A DNA stretch of 64,000 bases from Bacillota bacterium (GTDB lineage Bacteria; Bacillota; DTU065): assembly GCA_036721855.1 (NCBI GenBank), contig DAIMKF010000001.1:67122-131121 (forward strand), given 5' to 3'. Both the position numbers and the translations under genes were made by a program. Positions 17,418 through 27,682 of the stretch are shown piece by piece; position 1 is the stretch's first letter, and each line of letters begins with the position of its first letter. The notes below the pieces were generated by a model. It did no database searches. It saw nothing but the letters and a program-made list of their open reading frames with translations, and had not been told where the DNA came from.

Positions 17418-19505
17418 ATGGCAAAAACCCTGGTTATTGTCGAATCTCCAGCTAAAGCAAGAACTATTAAGAAGTTTCTCGGCAAAAATTATACAATTGA
17501 AGCTTCTATGGGACATATTAGAGATCTTCCCAAAAGCCAGTTTGGGGTTGATATAAACAATAGTTTTAAACCTAAATATATAACTATTCGCGGTAAGGGT
17601 GAGCTATTAAAGAAATTGAAAGCTGAAGCTAAAAAAGCCGATCGTATCTTTTTAGCCACAGACCCTGATCGTGAGGGTGAAGCAATTGCCTGGCATCTGG
17701 CGGAAATTTTAGAACTTGATCCCCAAATGCCTATTCGCATTACATTTAACGAAATCACCAAAGAGGCTGTTAAGGAGGCAACTAAAAAACCCCGCGGTGT
17801 GAACATTAATCTAGTAGATGCCCAGCAAACAAGGCGGATCTTAGATAGAATTGTCGGTTATAAACTAAGCCCGTTATTGTGGCGCAAAATAAAAAAAGGT
17901 CTTAGTGCCGGTAGAGTTCAGTCTGTGGCTGTAAGGCTTATCTGTGAAAAAGAAGAAGAGATTGCCAGCTTCAAACAAGAGGAATACTGGACAATTGAAG
18001 GTTTATTTACGACTAAAAACGGTGATATAAACGCTAAACTAACTAAATGGCAGGGTGAAAAACCCGAAATTCCTAACAAAGAAGTTACCGATGAACTGTT
18101 AAAAAAATTAAAAGACCAGGTTTATAAGATCCTGGAGGTAGAGAAGAAAGAAAGAAAAAGAAATCCGCTACCTCCTTTTACCACTTCCACATTACAACAA
18201 GAATCTTGGCGTAGACTAAACTTTGCTGCTTCAAGAACTATGCGGGTGGCACAGGAATTGTATGAAGGTATCGAACTTGGCAAAGAGGGATCTTTAGGAC
18301 TTATTACTTACATGCGTACAGATTCTGTACGCATCTCAGATCAAGCTGCCCTACAAGCTGAAAAATTTATTGAAAAGGAGTTCGGCAAAGAATATCTGCC
18401 AAGAGAGAAACGAGTTTATCGAAGCAATAAAAAAGCTCAGGATGCTCATGAAGCAATTAGACCTAGCTATATCGATAGGACTCCTGAAAGTCTCAAGCAA
18501 TTTCTTACGAGAGATCAGTTTAGACTGTATCAACTTATTTGGTTAAGGTTTCTCTCAAGCCAAGCTGCCAGTGCAGTCTTTGATACTGTCTCTGTGCGGG
18601 TTGGAAGTGACAAGGCCCAATTTACAGCTTCAGGTTCAACTTTAAAATTTGCGGGGTTTTTGAAGCTATACCCAGATCAAGAAAAAGAGCTAGATACAAA
18701 ATTACCAATAGTTAAAACAGGTTTACCTGCTGATTTAAAACAGCTCTCCAGCGAACAGCATTTTACCCAACCACCACCTCGTTATTCACAAGCGAGTCTG
18801 GTTAAAGAATTGGAAGATTTAGGTATAGGTCGTCCCAGTACCTATGCTTCCATTATTGAAACCATCAAAAAGCGTGGTTATGTAGTAGAGGAAGAGAAAC
18901 GTTTTGTACCAACTGAACTAGGTCAGGTAACCATAGATCTACTAAAAGACCATTTTAGCGATATTGTCGATGTTGATTTTACGAGAGAACTGGAAGAAAA
19001 ATTAGATAACATCGAAGAAGGTCAAAATTCTCCGGTAGAAATCCTAGCGGGATTTTACAGTTCTTTTGCTAAAGAACTACAAGAAGCTGAAGATAAGGTC
19101 GGTAAAATTTTAATTGCAGATGAAGTTACTGACGAGCCTTGTCCCAACTGTGGTAAGCTTTTAGTCATTAAAATGGGGCGTTTCGGTAAGTTTTTAGCTT
19201 GCCCGGGTTTTCCCGAATGCAAATTTACCAAGCCTCTATTAAAGCAGATGCCGGGCACTTGCCCAAAAGATAACGGTAATTTAGTTGAACGTCGTTCAAA
19301 AAAAGGCCGTATCTTTTACGGATGTGAAAACTACCCTGAATGTGAGTTTATCTCCTGGTATCCGCCGACAAAAGAGAAATGTCCACATTGTAAGACAACT
19401 ATGGGTCTAAAAGGGAGAGGTTCCAAGCAGGAATTAATCTGTCTCAACAAAGACTGTGGCTATACTCAAAAAGTGGAGCTGAATGAAAATGGCAAGTTTA
19501 GTTGA
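17418..19505 (+). CDS. topA: DNA topoisomerase I with C-terminal Cys4 zinc ribbons
   Basis: TOPRIM VIVESPAKA, catalytic-Tyr region and repeated CPxC zinc-ribbon motifs. Confidence 0.9.
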   Translation: MAKTLVIVESPAKARTIKKFLGKNYTIEASMGHIRDLPKSQFGVDINNSFKPKYITIRGKGELLKKLKAEAKKADRIFLATDPDREGEAIAWHLAEILELDPQMPIRITFNEITKEAVKEATKKPRGVNINLVDAQQTRRILDRIVGYKLSPLLWRKIKKGLSAGRVQSVAVRLICEKEEEIASFKQEEYWTIEGLFTTKNGDINAKLTKWQGEKPEIPNKEVTDELLKKLKDQVYKILEVEKKERKRNPLPPFTTSTLQQESWRRLNFAASRTMRVAQELYEGIELGKEGSLGLITYMRTDSVRISDQAALQAEKFIEKEFGKEYLPREKRVYRSNKKAQDAHEAIRPSYIDRTPESLKQFLTRDQFRLYQLIWLRFLSSQAASAVFDTVSVRVGSDKAQFTASGSTLKFAGFLKLYPDQEKELDTKLPIVKTGLPADLKQLSSEQHFTQPPPRYSQASLVKELEDLGIGRPSTYASIIETIKKRGYVVEEEKRFVPTELGQVTIDLLKDHFSDIVDVDFTRELEEKLDNIEEGQNSPVEILAGFYSSFAKELQEAEDKVGKILIADEVTDEPCPNCGKLLVIKMGRFGKFLACPGFPECKFTKPLLKQMPGTCPKDNGNLVERRSKKGRIFYGCENYPECEFISWYPPTKEKCPHCKTTMGLKGRGSKQELICLNKDCGYTQKVELNENGKFS

Positions 19506-20400
19506 GCAAGATAAGGTGAATAAATGGTTGGATCATTTTATCTTTTATCTGGAAGTGGAAAGAGGGTATTCCCAGAATACCACCGCAAGCTATACAATCG
19601 ACTTAAACGAATTTTTAGGTTTTGCGGCGACTAATAATTGTTACGATCTGTCTTCACAGATGTTAAGGAGTTATTTAACCTACCTTTACGAGCTAAAAAG
19701 AGAAAAAAGTACTGTGGCACGGAAACTAGCGGCGCTACGAAGCTTTTTTCGTTTTTTACAAAAGAGGGAAATTTACACTGAAGATCCCATGGCTTCCATA
19801 AAAGCACCTAAAAGAGGTCGCTTTCTGCCAGAGTTTCTTTATCCTAATGAAATGGAGAAGTTACTGAAAACACCTAAGCTAAACACTCCGCTCGGCAAAA
19901 GGGATCGGGCGATTATCGAAGTTTTTTACAGCTCGGGGCTTCGTTTAAGTGAGTTGGTGGGATTAGATTTAACTGACATTGACTGGGATGTAGGTTATCT
20001 GCATATTCGTGGTAAAGGGAATAAAGAACGTTTAACTCCTCTAGGCTATTATGCAGGTGAATCATTAGAAGACTATCTCCAAAACGCAAGACAGAAATTG
20101 TTAAAAGGGCAAGAAACCGACGCGGTTTTTCTCAGCAACCGGGGACAGAGAATTAACAGACGTACCGTAGAATATATGTTAGATAAATATGTCCTTCAGG
20201 CAGGTTTAAATAGTGGTATTTCACCACATGCTCTAAGACATACCTTTGCTACCCATATGCTTGAAAACGGAGCTGATATCAGGTCGGTACAGGAACTTTT
20301 AGGACATGAAAATGTATCCACCACCCAGATATACACTCATTTAAGTCGCAAGAAATTGCGTGAAGTCTATTTTTCTACCCATCCGCGTGCCAAAAGTTAA
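19483..20400 (+). CDS. xerC: Tyrosine recombinase XerC (CodV-like)
   Basis: R...HALRHTFATHMLENGADIRSVQELLGH...Y catalytic signature; follows topA as in Bacillus. Confidence 0.85.
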   Translation: MKMASLVEQDKVNKWLDHFIFYLEVERGYSQNTTASYTIDLNEFLGFAATNNCYDLSSQMLRSYLTYLYELKREKSTVARKLAALRSFFRFLQKREIYTEDPMASIKAPKRGRFLPEFLYPNEMEKLLKTPKLNTPLGKRDRAIIEVFYSSGLRLSELVGLDLTDIDWDVGYLHIRGKGNKERLTPLGYYAGESLEDYLQNARQKLLKGQETDAVFLSNRGQRINRRTVEYMLDKYVLQAGLNSGISPHALRHTFATHMLENGADIRSVQELLGHENVSTTQIYTHLSRKKLREVYFSTHPRAKS

Positions 20401-20460
20401 ATTAATGATTTGCTGCCAGATATAAACTATCTGGTCTTTAAGTTGAAGGAGGTTCTTTAG

Positions 20461-20997
20461 ATGTTTACAGGAACCACCATAATTGCTGTAAGGCGTGGTA
20501 AAGAGGTTGCCATAGGCGGTGACGGACAGATTACTTTAGCCGAGAAAACTATATTTAAGGCTAAAGCTAAAAAGATCCGCCGACTTTATGAAGGTAAGAT
20601 CCTGGCAGGCTTTGCCGGTTCGGTAGCCGATGCCTTTACTCTGTTTGAAAGGTTTGAAAAAACACTGGCTGAACATAAAGGCAATTTAGTAAGGGGAAGT
20701 GTCGAACTAGCTAAAGAATGGCGAAGCGATCGGGTACTGCAAAAGCTGGAGGCACTTCTTTTGGTAGCCGATAGTGAGCACCTTCTGGTTATCTCTGGCT
20801 CAGGTGAAGTAATTGAGCCTGATGATAATATCGCCTCTGTAGGTTCAGGGGGAGGTTATGCTTTGGCTGCAGCCAGAGCTCTTTATAAACATACCGATTT
20901 ATCTGCTAAGGAAGTTGTGGCCGAAAGCTTAAGATTGGCTTCCGAAATTTGTATCTATACTAACGACCAAATCTCCATCTTGGAATTGGAGGAATAA
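20461..20997 (+). CDS. hslV: ATP-dependent protease subunit HslV
   Basis: N-terminal [10 protein letters not shown]...GGDGQI (Thr protease). Confidence 0.9.
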   Translation: MFTGTTIIAVRRGKEVAIGGDGQITLAEKTIFKAKAKKIRRLYEGKILAGFAGSVADAFTLFERFEKTLAEHKGNLVRGSVELAKEWRSDRVLQKLEALLLVADSEHLLVISGSGEVIEPDDNIASVGSGGGYALAAARALYKHTDLSAKEVVAESLRLASEICIYTNDQISILELEE

Positions 20998-21000
20998 TAG

Positions 21001-22362
21001 ATGGTAGGTATGACTCCTAAAGAAGTTGTAGCTTATCTAGATAAATATATAGTAGGTCAAGATAAGGCTAAAAAAGCAGTGGCTATAGCCTTAAGAAACA
21101 GACAAAGACGTAAGAGGATAAGTGGCGAGTTAAAAGATGAAATTGCTCCCAAAAATATCCTGATGATAGGCCCTACCGGTGTTGGCAAAACTGAAATTGC
21201 ACGAAGACTGGCCCGCTTTGTAGGGGCACCTTTTGTCAAGGTTGAGGCTACTAAGTTTACCGAGGTAGGCTATGTGGGACGTGATGTAGAGTCAATCATT
21301 AGAGACTTAGTGGAAGAGGCAATCCGCATAGTAAAAAAACGCCGCTTAGAAGAGGTTCGGGAAAAAGCCAGACTCCAGGCTGAGTTGGCACTACTTGAGC
21401 TTTTGGCTCCAACTAAAAAGGGAGAGGCTAAAAATCCTTTCACCGTGCTTTTTGGTGGGGAGCAAAAGGAAGAAATCCAGCCCTTAGAAGCTTCTCAAAG
21501 AGAAGAGATTGCTTCTAATTTATACCGGGGAGAGCTGGAAGAAAAACTGATAGAGCTTGATGTTCCCGAAAAAGAACGCCAGGTGGACCTCTTCGCTTTT
21601 GGCCTTGATGATCTAAATATCAACTTTCAGGACCTTTTTAGTGGCTTTTTGCCTAAAAAGACGGTTAAAAAGAAAGTTACGGTAAAAAAGGCCAGAGAAA
21701 TTTTAACCGAACTGGAAGCAGAAAAACTTTTGGATATGGATGCAGTTAATCAAGAAGCAATTATTCTTGCAGAAAACGAAGGCATTGTTTTTATTGATGA
21801 GATCGATAAAATTGTTGGTGGGCACTCCCAAGATGGTCCTGAGGTATCCCGAGAAGGAGTACAAAGAGATATATTACCCATTATCGAAGGGTCCAATGTA
21901 CCTACACGTTATGGCCATGTTAAAACAGATTATATTCTTTTTATTGCCGCCGGTGCCTTTCATATCTCAAAACCCTCTGAACTAATACCTGAACTCCAAG
22001 GACGTCTGCCGGTTAGGGTAGAACTGTCTAGTCTTTCCGAAGATGATTTTGTGCGTATTTTAATAGAACCTAAAAATTCCTTGCTGTTTCAATATCGTGA
22101 ACTTCTAAAAACCGAAGGGGTTATACTAGAGTTTACCGATTCAGGTGTTAGAGAGATTGCTGTTTCAGCTCGCAAAGTAAATGAAAACACAGAAGATATC
22201 GGTGCTAGAAGATTGCATACTATTTTAGAGGCCGTACTGGAAGATGTCTCTTTTGAGGCCCCTGAACTTGGCGGGCAAACAATTACCATAGACACTAAAT
22301 ATGTTGAGGCAAAACTTGGTGAACTTATTAAAAATAAGGATCTTAGTCAATACATTCTCTAG
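21001..22362 (+). CDS. hslU: ATP-dependent protease ATPase subunit HslU
   Basis: [15 protein letters not shown] Walker A and the I-domain; follows hslV. Confidence 0.9.
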   Translation: MVGMTPKEVVAYLDKYIVGQDKAKKAVAIALRNRQRRKRISGELKDEIAPKNILMIGPTGVGKTEIARRLARFVGAPFVKVEATKFTEVGYVGRDVESIIRDLVEEAIRIVKKRRLEEVREKARLQAELALLELLAPTKKGEAKNPFTVLFGGEQKEEIQPLEASQREEIASNLYRGELEEKLIELDVPEKERQVDLFAFGLDDLNINFQDLFSGFLPKKTVKKKVTVKKAREILTELEAEKLLDMDAVNQEAIILAENEGIVFIDEIDKIVGGHSQDGPEVSREGVQRDILPIIEGSNVPTRYGHVKTDYILFIAAGAFHISKPSELIPELQGRLPVRVELSSLSEDDFVRILIEPKNSLLFQYRELLKTEGVILEFTDSGVREIAVSARKVNENTEDIGARRLHTILEAVLEDVSFEAPELGGQTITIDTKYVEAKLGELIKNKDLSQYIL

Positions 22363-22372
22363 ATCTGTATAA

Positions 22373-22403
22373 GAAAAAGCCTCTGAAGTGCAGAGGCTTT
22401 TTT
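22373..22403. terminator. Bidirectional Rho-independent terminator between convergent hslU and the metacaspase gene
   Basis: AAAAA-GCCTCTGaagtgCAGAGGC-TTTTTTT. Confidence 0.6.
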
Positions 22404-22424
22404 TGATCTAAGTTAAGAAAAAGA

Positions 22425-23504
22425 CTAATAACGATACAAGACAGGGTTGATATTCAGGTTATCTTCAAAGATAGGTGTTTGTAAGTTTCCTTCCGGAAAA
22501 TTAAGATTAGCAAAGGATCTTTGAATATAGGCAAAGATCTCTTGAGCGGATATTTTACCATCTCCGTTAGTATCGGCATTGCGGTTTATAAGGCCAAGAA
22601 GGAAGTGCTTGGTAAATAGACCTAAACCGCCATCATTGCTGTATTGGTAGGAAACCTCAGTGGCTTGCGAAGAAGCAAGTAGTACATAACCTGAGTTTTG
22701 CAGGGCTTTCGGTGCGGGCTTTCTTACAGTAGGTTTACCATCGAAAAGCGAACCTGAATAGCATGAATCCATGACCAGAGTTATTTCTTTGGTAGGCATC
22801 TGCAAAAAGTGCTCTGAAAGGTCAAGATCGGACAAAGAGTCGTACGGATTCTCTTTAGAATAATTATATAAAAGCAGATGGTCATAAGAACCATGCCCGG
22901 AAAAATAGACCACCAGGTAATCTTCGGGTTGAAGTTCCTTTTTAAGACGGTTAAAGATGTTTAGGATATTGTCCCTAGAAGCATCTTGATCACGTACGGT
23001 AATAACTTTATTAGGGGGTTTTACCAAAAACTGTTCCACAGCATTGGCATCAGCCGAATATAGTGAAGGTATTTTAGCATAGAGACTTACACCGATTATA
23101 AAGTAATAACCTTTACCGACAGGATAAAAAACTGTATTAATGGTGTGAGGCAAAACCTCAACCTCAAATTCTCGGGAAATATTGCCAAAAGGAGCTGTGA
23201 CCACCAAGGTTTGCAAACCCTCCGGCAGATCCTTTAGCCAAAAAGCTCCACTATTATTAGAAAAAGTGGTGAGGTTAGTGTTTTTGACTTTGATCAAGGC
23301 ACCTTTAAGTGGTTTATAACCAAGCGGTATTCCCGTTTGAGAACTTACTGCCTTTAGATTGTTATTTTCTTGAGTAAGCTCCTCACGGATAACTATTGTA
23401 CCGGCAATGTCTCCCCGTCTTATATTATTAGATAAACAACCTGTTAAAAAAGTTACTAGTAAAAGCAAAAAGATCAGTAAAGGACAATGTCTATCCTTAT
23501 ACAT
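22425..23504 (-). CDS. Lipoprotein with a caspase/metacaspase (peptidase C14) domain and a C-terminal EF-hand-like Ca-binding loop
   Basis: Lipobox LTGC; His motif YFSGHGS and Cys motif VMDSCYSGS of the caspase dyad; DTNGDGKISAQE matches the EF-hand DxNxDGxIxxxE loop. Confidence 0.6.
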   Translation of the reverse strand: MYKDRHCPLLIFLLLLVTFLTGCLSNNIRRGDIAGTIVIREELTQENNNLKAVSSQTGIPLGYKPLKGALIKVKNTNLTTFSNNSGAFWLKDLPEGLQTLVVTAPFGNISREFEVEVLPHTINTVFYPVGKGYYFIIGVSLYAKIPSLYSADANAVEQFLVKPPNKVITVRDQDASRDNILNIFNRLKKELQPEDYLVVYFSGHGSYDHLLLYNYSKENPYDSLSDLDLSEHFLQMPTKEITLVMDSCYSGSLFDGKPTVRKPAPKALQNSGYVLLASSQATEVSYQYSNDGGLGLFTKHFLLGLINRNADTNGDGKISAQEIFAYIQRSFANLNFPEGNLQTPIFEDNLNINPVLYRY

Positions 23505-23519
23505 AAAAGTTCACCTCTT

Positions 23520-24389
23520 TTAGCTAGGTTGATAGATCAAGAGATTTTCATTGTTAACTGTAGCCTTAAGTGGTGTAAGACCTTTGATTTCGCCATCGAT
23601 CATCTTGGGCGCAGGTTCTAAACTGGTTATAGTCACATTTTTAGCTTTAAGAAACTCTACATGCGGGTGATTAACATGCTTGCCCGAATAGACTCCAGGC
23701 AGTAGCTTTAATACTTCAAAACCCTTGGTATCACGTACAATAACAACATCCAAAAGATGATCGGTAGGATTAGCCTTTGGCGCCAAGAAAAGACCACCAC
23801 CGGTATAGGGAGTATTCATTACATAAGTAAGGATAGATTTTACCTCACGAACTTTATCATCAGCTTCTATTCTTAGGTTTAATGGTTTTAAACAAAAGGC
23901 AGAAGCCACAATATCCAGATAGATGGCCATAGAACCTCTGATTAGACGGCGGTTTCTTTTGCTGTTTACCCTAAGCATAACATCAGAGGCTAAACCCAGA
24001 GCCACCGAAGAAACAAAAAGGCCTTCATTTTCCAGACCTAAATTGATGGCTTTTACTTTTCCGTCGGTAAGGGTTTGTAAACCCTCTATACCAAAGGGTA
24101 TTTTTAAAGAACGCGCCAAATCGTTTCCTGTTCCAAGAGGAACTAGGCACAAAGGTTTATCTTTGGGCATGCCGTTTACTATCTCATTGACAGTTCCATC
24201 ACCGCCAACGGCAATAATCCCCTCATAGTTTTCGGCTTGACCGGCCAACAAAGTGGCGTGATTTGGACCGTTGGTAAGTTTAAGGTCATATGAGATACCT
24301 AGAAGTTTTAGTTCTGCTTCTAACATTGGTAGTGATGCCCTGGCTAACCCTCTGCCGGCGACAGGATTAGCAATTACTATAAATCTCAT
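23520..24389 (-). CDS. Diacylglycerol/lipid kinase catalytic-domain protein (DagK/YegS/BmrU family)
   Basis: IAVGGDGTVNEIVNGM and LVPLGTGNDLARSL motifs. Confidence 0.75.
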   Translation of the reverse strand: MRFIVIANPVAGRGLARASLPMLEAELKLLGISYDLKLTNGPNHATLLAGQAENYEGIIAVGGDGTVNEIVNGMPKDKPLCLVPLGTGNDLARSLKIPFGIEGLQTLTDGKVKAINLGLENEGLFVSSVALGLASDVMLRVNSKRNRRLIRGSMAIYLDIVASAFCLKPLNLRIEADDKVREVKSILTYVMNTPYTGGGLFLAPKANPTDHLLDVVIVRDTKGFEVLKLLPGVYSGKHVNHPHVEFLKAKNVTITSLEPAPKMIDGEIKGLTPLKATVNNENLLIYQPS

Positions 24390-24522
24390 TTTTAAGCCTC
24401 GCTTTTTAGTGTCTTTTAGATCGCATTAATTTAATGTTCTACTTAAAAAATATTCGCTTATTTATACCTCCATTCCTGCTCTGACTTCCGGAAATAAACA
24501 ATTCTGGCAACTCTGACCTTAA

Positions 24523-27315
24523 TTAACAGCTGCTGGCAGGAGGACCGAGGTAGGATATGTTTTTCATTAAAAGATTAGGTGCACGCTTACGATCTAATGT
24601 TCCGGAAACTAAAGCGATGCCGCCTTCTTTAATAGTTAGCTTATCTTGTTTGGGAAAGTAAGTGACATCAACCTGGCCGGTTTCATCTTCCATGACAAAA
24701 AAGACTACCGGCCGGCCGCTTTTTGTCGGTGGACGGTGTGGTTTTAGAATCTGACCGGCAAAAAAGATGGGCCCCTCAGCTTCAAGTGCCTTTTTGGCTG
24801 TTAACACCGAATCAGGTAAGCTTGGGCGGTAAAAATCCATGACATGATAAAATGGGGAGAGGTTTAAGACCAGCATTTCTCTTAAAAAGCGATCCCAGAG
24901 TGAAAAATCTCCAGACAGAGGCTTACTTCCCCAAAGTTCCCACAGGAGACTGCGGCGACTTTGCGCAAAGCTATCAAGAGCACCGGATAAAACTAAAAGA
25001 CGGCACTCTTTCTCGGGAACGAATTCTAAATCGCGCAAAGAGTTAAAGGGACGCCTCTTTATGATCTCGTCTAAGGTTTTTTCAGAGAAGCCTTTAATAA
25101 GTTTAAGCCCTAAAAAGATTTGCCCGGCACTGCCTGTGGTCATAAGAGGTGAGGTGTTGATATCCAAAGGAATAATTTTAACACCTAGGCGTTTAGCTTC
25201 CCAAAGCAGAGACTGAGGCGGATAATACCCCAGAGGCTGGTTGTTAATAAGGGCTGCAAAAAACTCTGCCGGGTAGTGACAGCGCAAATAAGCAGTTTTA
25301 TAGGCTGTTTGGGCAAAAGAAGCCGAATGGGCCTCGCAAAGGCCATAACCGGCAAAACTTTCCAAGGTATCAAAAACACTGACAGCGGTTTCCAAAGAGG
25401 CTCCTCGTTGCTGAGCCTTTTCCAAGAAGAGACGGCGAAACTGTTTTAATTCCACTTCGCGTTTTTTACTGGTCAAAGCTTTTCTGAGTTTATCCGACTC
25501 ACCCAGGGTAAAGCCGGCTAAAACCGTAGCAATTTGCAGAATCTGTTCTTGAAAGACAATCAGACCGTAGGTTTTTTCCAGATAAGGTTTTACTTCCGGA
25601 GTAAGATAGGATACCTCTTCTTGTTGCAGGTGACGCTTGATAAAAGGCTCTACCATATTACCCTTAATGGGACCGGGCCTAATTAAGGCTATACTTGCGA
25701 CAAGATCATTAAAATTACTGGGTTTAATTCTTTGCTGCAGGCCTCTTTGGGCCGGACTTTCCAGTTGAAAGATACCTAAGCTTTTTCCGGAGGCCAGCAT
25801 CTTATACGTGGACTTGTCGTTATCTTTAATCGGCAGGTTTAGCTCGGAAAGCGCACCTAAGGTGCGCAAAGATAAAAGATCTAGCTTGACAAGTCCCATC
25901 TCTTCGATGTCATCTTTGTCAAAGGCGATAATAGTTTTGCCCTGGGAGGATTTTACTAAGGGTACGTGACAGGCAAGATCTTTAGAAGCAATGGCCAGGC
26001 CGCTAGAGTGAGTTGCTATATGCCGAGGCAGTCCATACATTTTATCTACTAAAACCGGCAGCAGATTTTCCGGAAGACCGATACGCAAAAGATCATTTTT
26101 GGCTAAATCTTCCCGGTAGCGATGAAAAGCACAGATGCTGGCGATATGTTCAGAGCCATATTTGTTCTCTAAAAACTCCCTTAGCTCTAAACGCCTCTGC
26201 CAATCAAAATCGATGTCGATATCGGGCTGGTTATTGCGTTCGAGGCTGAGAAAACGTTCAAAGACCAGATTGTGGGCTATGGGGTCAACCTGTGTCAAAT
26301 CAAGACAGTAGCTTACTAGGGATCCGGCCGCAGAGCCACGTCCCTGGTAGGTAATTTTTTGCCTTTTGGCAAAACTAATCAGCTCTTGAACCAACAAAAA
26401 ATAACCGGCATAGCCCAAGGTGGAAATGACATCTAATTCATAGTTCAAACGTTTTTTTGCGGCCTCATTGCCCAGGGGATATTTTCTGTCAAATCCCTCT
26501 AAGGCAAGAGCTGTCAAGTTTTGTTTGGCTTTTGGTACTTCCGGTAAAAGCTTAGGAGGTGTAAGGGGTTTTAACTCCGGAATCTCAGCAAGAAGATAGG
26601 CACCTTCTAAAGCTTTTGGGAAATCCTTAAATCTCGTGGCTAATTCTTCGCGACTGCAAAGATAACCGGCATTATTAAAGGATCTTTCCGGATGAACATC
26701 ATTTAGGCCGATGCCAAGACGGATGCAATTTAGACAATCGTGAACGGGAAAACCCTCGGGATAGGCGTAATGGACATCTACAGTGGCTACCATCGGCAAC
26801 TTTAATTTATGTGCCAGCTCAGAAAGGGTAGTTAAAAGCTGTTGTGTTTTTGGTAACCTTTCATGACTCATTTCAATAAAAAAGCGACCCTTAAAGAGGG
26901 AAGACCAGTTTTGTGCCAGTTCTAAAGCTTCCCGATAGCGTTTTTTAAGGAGGAGTTTTTGTAATCTAGAATGGCGACAACCCGAAAGAACCAGGATACC
27001 CTCTCCGGAGGGGAGGGTATCAAAAGTCTTTACAGGACTGTTTAAGTAGCAGCAGATTTTTTGATAACCCAGGTAGTTTTCTGCCAGCAAAGTAAGGTGG
27101 CTTTCATCGGCAAGAGTCACTTCACAGCCGATAATTGGTTTGATACTGGCCTCAAGAGCCAGACGATGAAATTCAAAAACGCCGGAGATACTGTCATGAT
27201 CAGTAAGAGCCATGGCTTTATATCCAAGTTCACTGCCTCTTTTAATCAGTTCATAAGGATTGCTGGCTCCATCAAGTAGTGAATAGGCTGAATGGGTATG
27301 CAAAGAGATAGTCAT
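24523..27315 (-). CDS. dnaE2: Short DNA polymerase III alpha-like protein (PHP-polymerase-OB; error-prone DnaE2/ImuC-like, 930 aa)
   Basis: PHP motifs HTHSAYSLLDG and TDHDSISG, polymerase core and a C-terminal OB fold, but no tau/beta-binding tail. Downstream of a Y-family fragment and an SOS box. Confidence 0.65.
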   Translation of the reverse strand: MTISLHTHSAYSLLDGASNPYELIKRGSELGYKAMALTDHDSISGVFEFHRLALEASIKPIIGCEVTLADESHLTLLAENYLGYQKICCYLNSPVKTFDTLPSGEGILVLSGCRHSRLQKLLLKKRYREALELAQNWSSLFKGRFFIEMSHERLPKTQQLLTTLSELAHKLKLPMVATVDVHYAYPEGFPVHDCLNCIRLGIGLNDVHPERSFNNAGYLCSREELATRFKDFPKALEGAYLLAEIPELKPLTPPKLLPEVPKAKQNLTALALEGFDRKYPLGNEAAKKRLNYELDVISTLGYAGYFLLVQELISFAKRQKITYQGRGSAAGSLVSYCLDLTQVDPIAHNLVFERFLSLERNNQPDIDIDFDWQRRLELREFLENKYGSEHIASICAFHRYREDLAKNDLLRIGLPENLLPVLVDKMYGLPRHIATHSSGLAIASKDLACHVPLVKSSQGKTIIAFDKDDIEEMGLVKLDLLSLRTLGALSELNLPIKDNDKSTYKMLASGKSLGIFQLESPAQRGLQQRIKPSNFNDLVASIALIRPGPIKGNMVEPFIKRHLQQEEVSYLTPEVKPYLEKTYGLIVFQEQILQIATVLAGFTLGESDKLRKALTSKKREVELKQFRRLFLEKAQQRGASLETAVSVFDTLESFAGYGLCEAHSASFAQTAYKTAYLRCHYPAEFFAALINNQPLGYYPPQSLLWEAKRLGVKIIPLDINTSPLMTTGSAGQIFLGLKLIKGFSEKTLDEIIKRRPFNSLRDLEFVPEKECRLLVLSGALDSFAQSRRSLLWELWGSKPLSGDFSLWDRFLREMLVLNLSPFYHVMDFYRPSLPDSVLTAKKALEAEGPIFFAGQILKPHRPPTKSGRPVVFFVMEDETGQVDVTYFPKQDKLTIKEGGIALVSGTLDRKRAPNLLMKNISYLGPPASSC

Positions 27316-27682
27316 TTATTATTGCCAAGCCCCCTTTAGTCATGGCTTTGATAAAGGATGGTCTCTCCTGATGGCGTTTTGGCGATCTCAAAGAGACCTT
27401 CTGGTTTGGTTAAAACCAGTAAAAACTTTAATACAGGTTCACCTTGCCACCAGGCACCACTTTCAAACCAGCTATCTATTTCTTTGACAATTGTGTAGTT
27501 AACACCGCGGAAAAAGAAACTGTTATTGGTAATTGTTATGGCCTTTTGCCAGAGATGGGACACACTAAACCATTATAAGAAACTTATAAAACCCTTTAAG
27601 GGCTTGATAAGTGTTCTTACAACAGATTCACCACCTTTGTATTATTTAAATATGAGATCTTGCTTTGATTATCACGCTAAGT

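Noticed and set aside
1186-25379. Numerous 60-130-aa antisense or overlapping ORFs in the track (for example 1186-1407(-), 1610-1993(-), 10556-10858(-), 14768-15070(-), 23923-24228(+), 25185-25379(-))
   Set aside because: They are fully embedded in well-supported conserved genes on the opposite strand or in another frame, have biased low-complexity translations and lack an RBS. Expected by chance at this AT content.
27336-27563. 75-aa ORF between the imuB-like gene and dnaE2 as a possible ImuA or YolD-like component
   Set aside because: Far too small for ImuA (RecA-fold), with no Walker motifs. It has a GTG start, no SD and an in-frame stop just upstream. It is retained only as a possible remnant.
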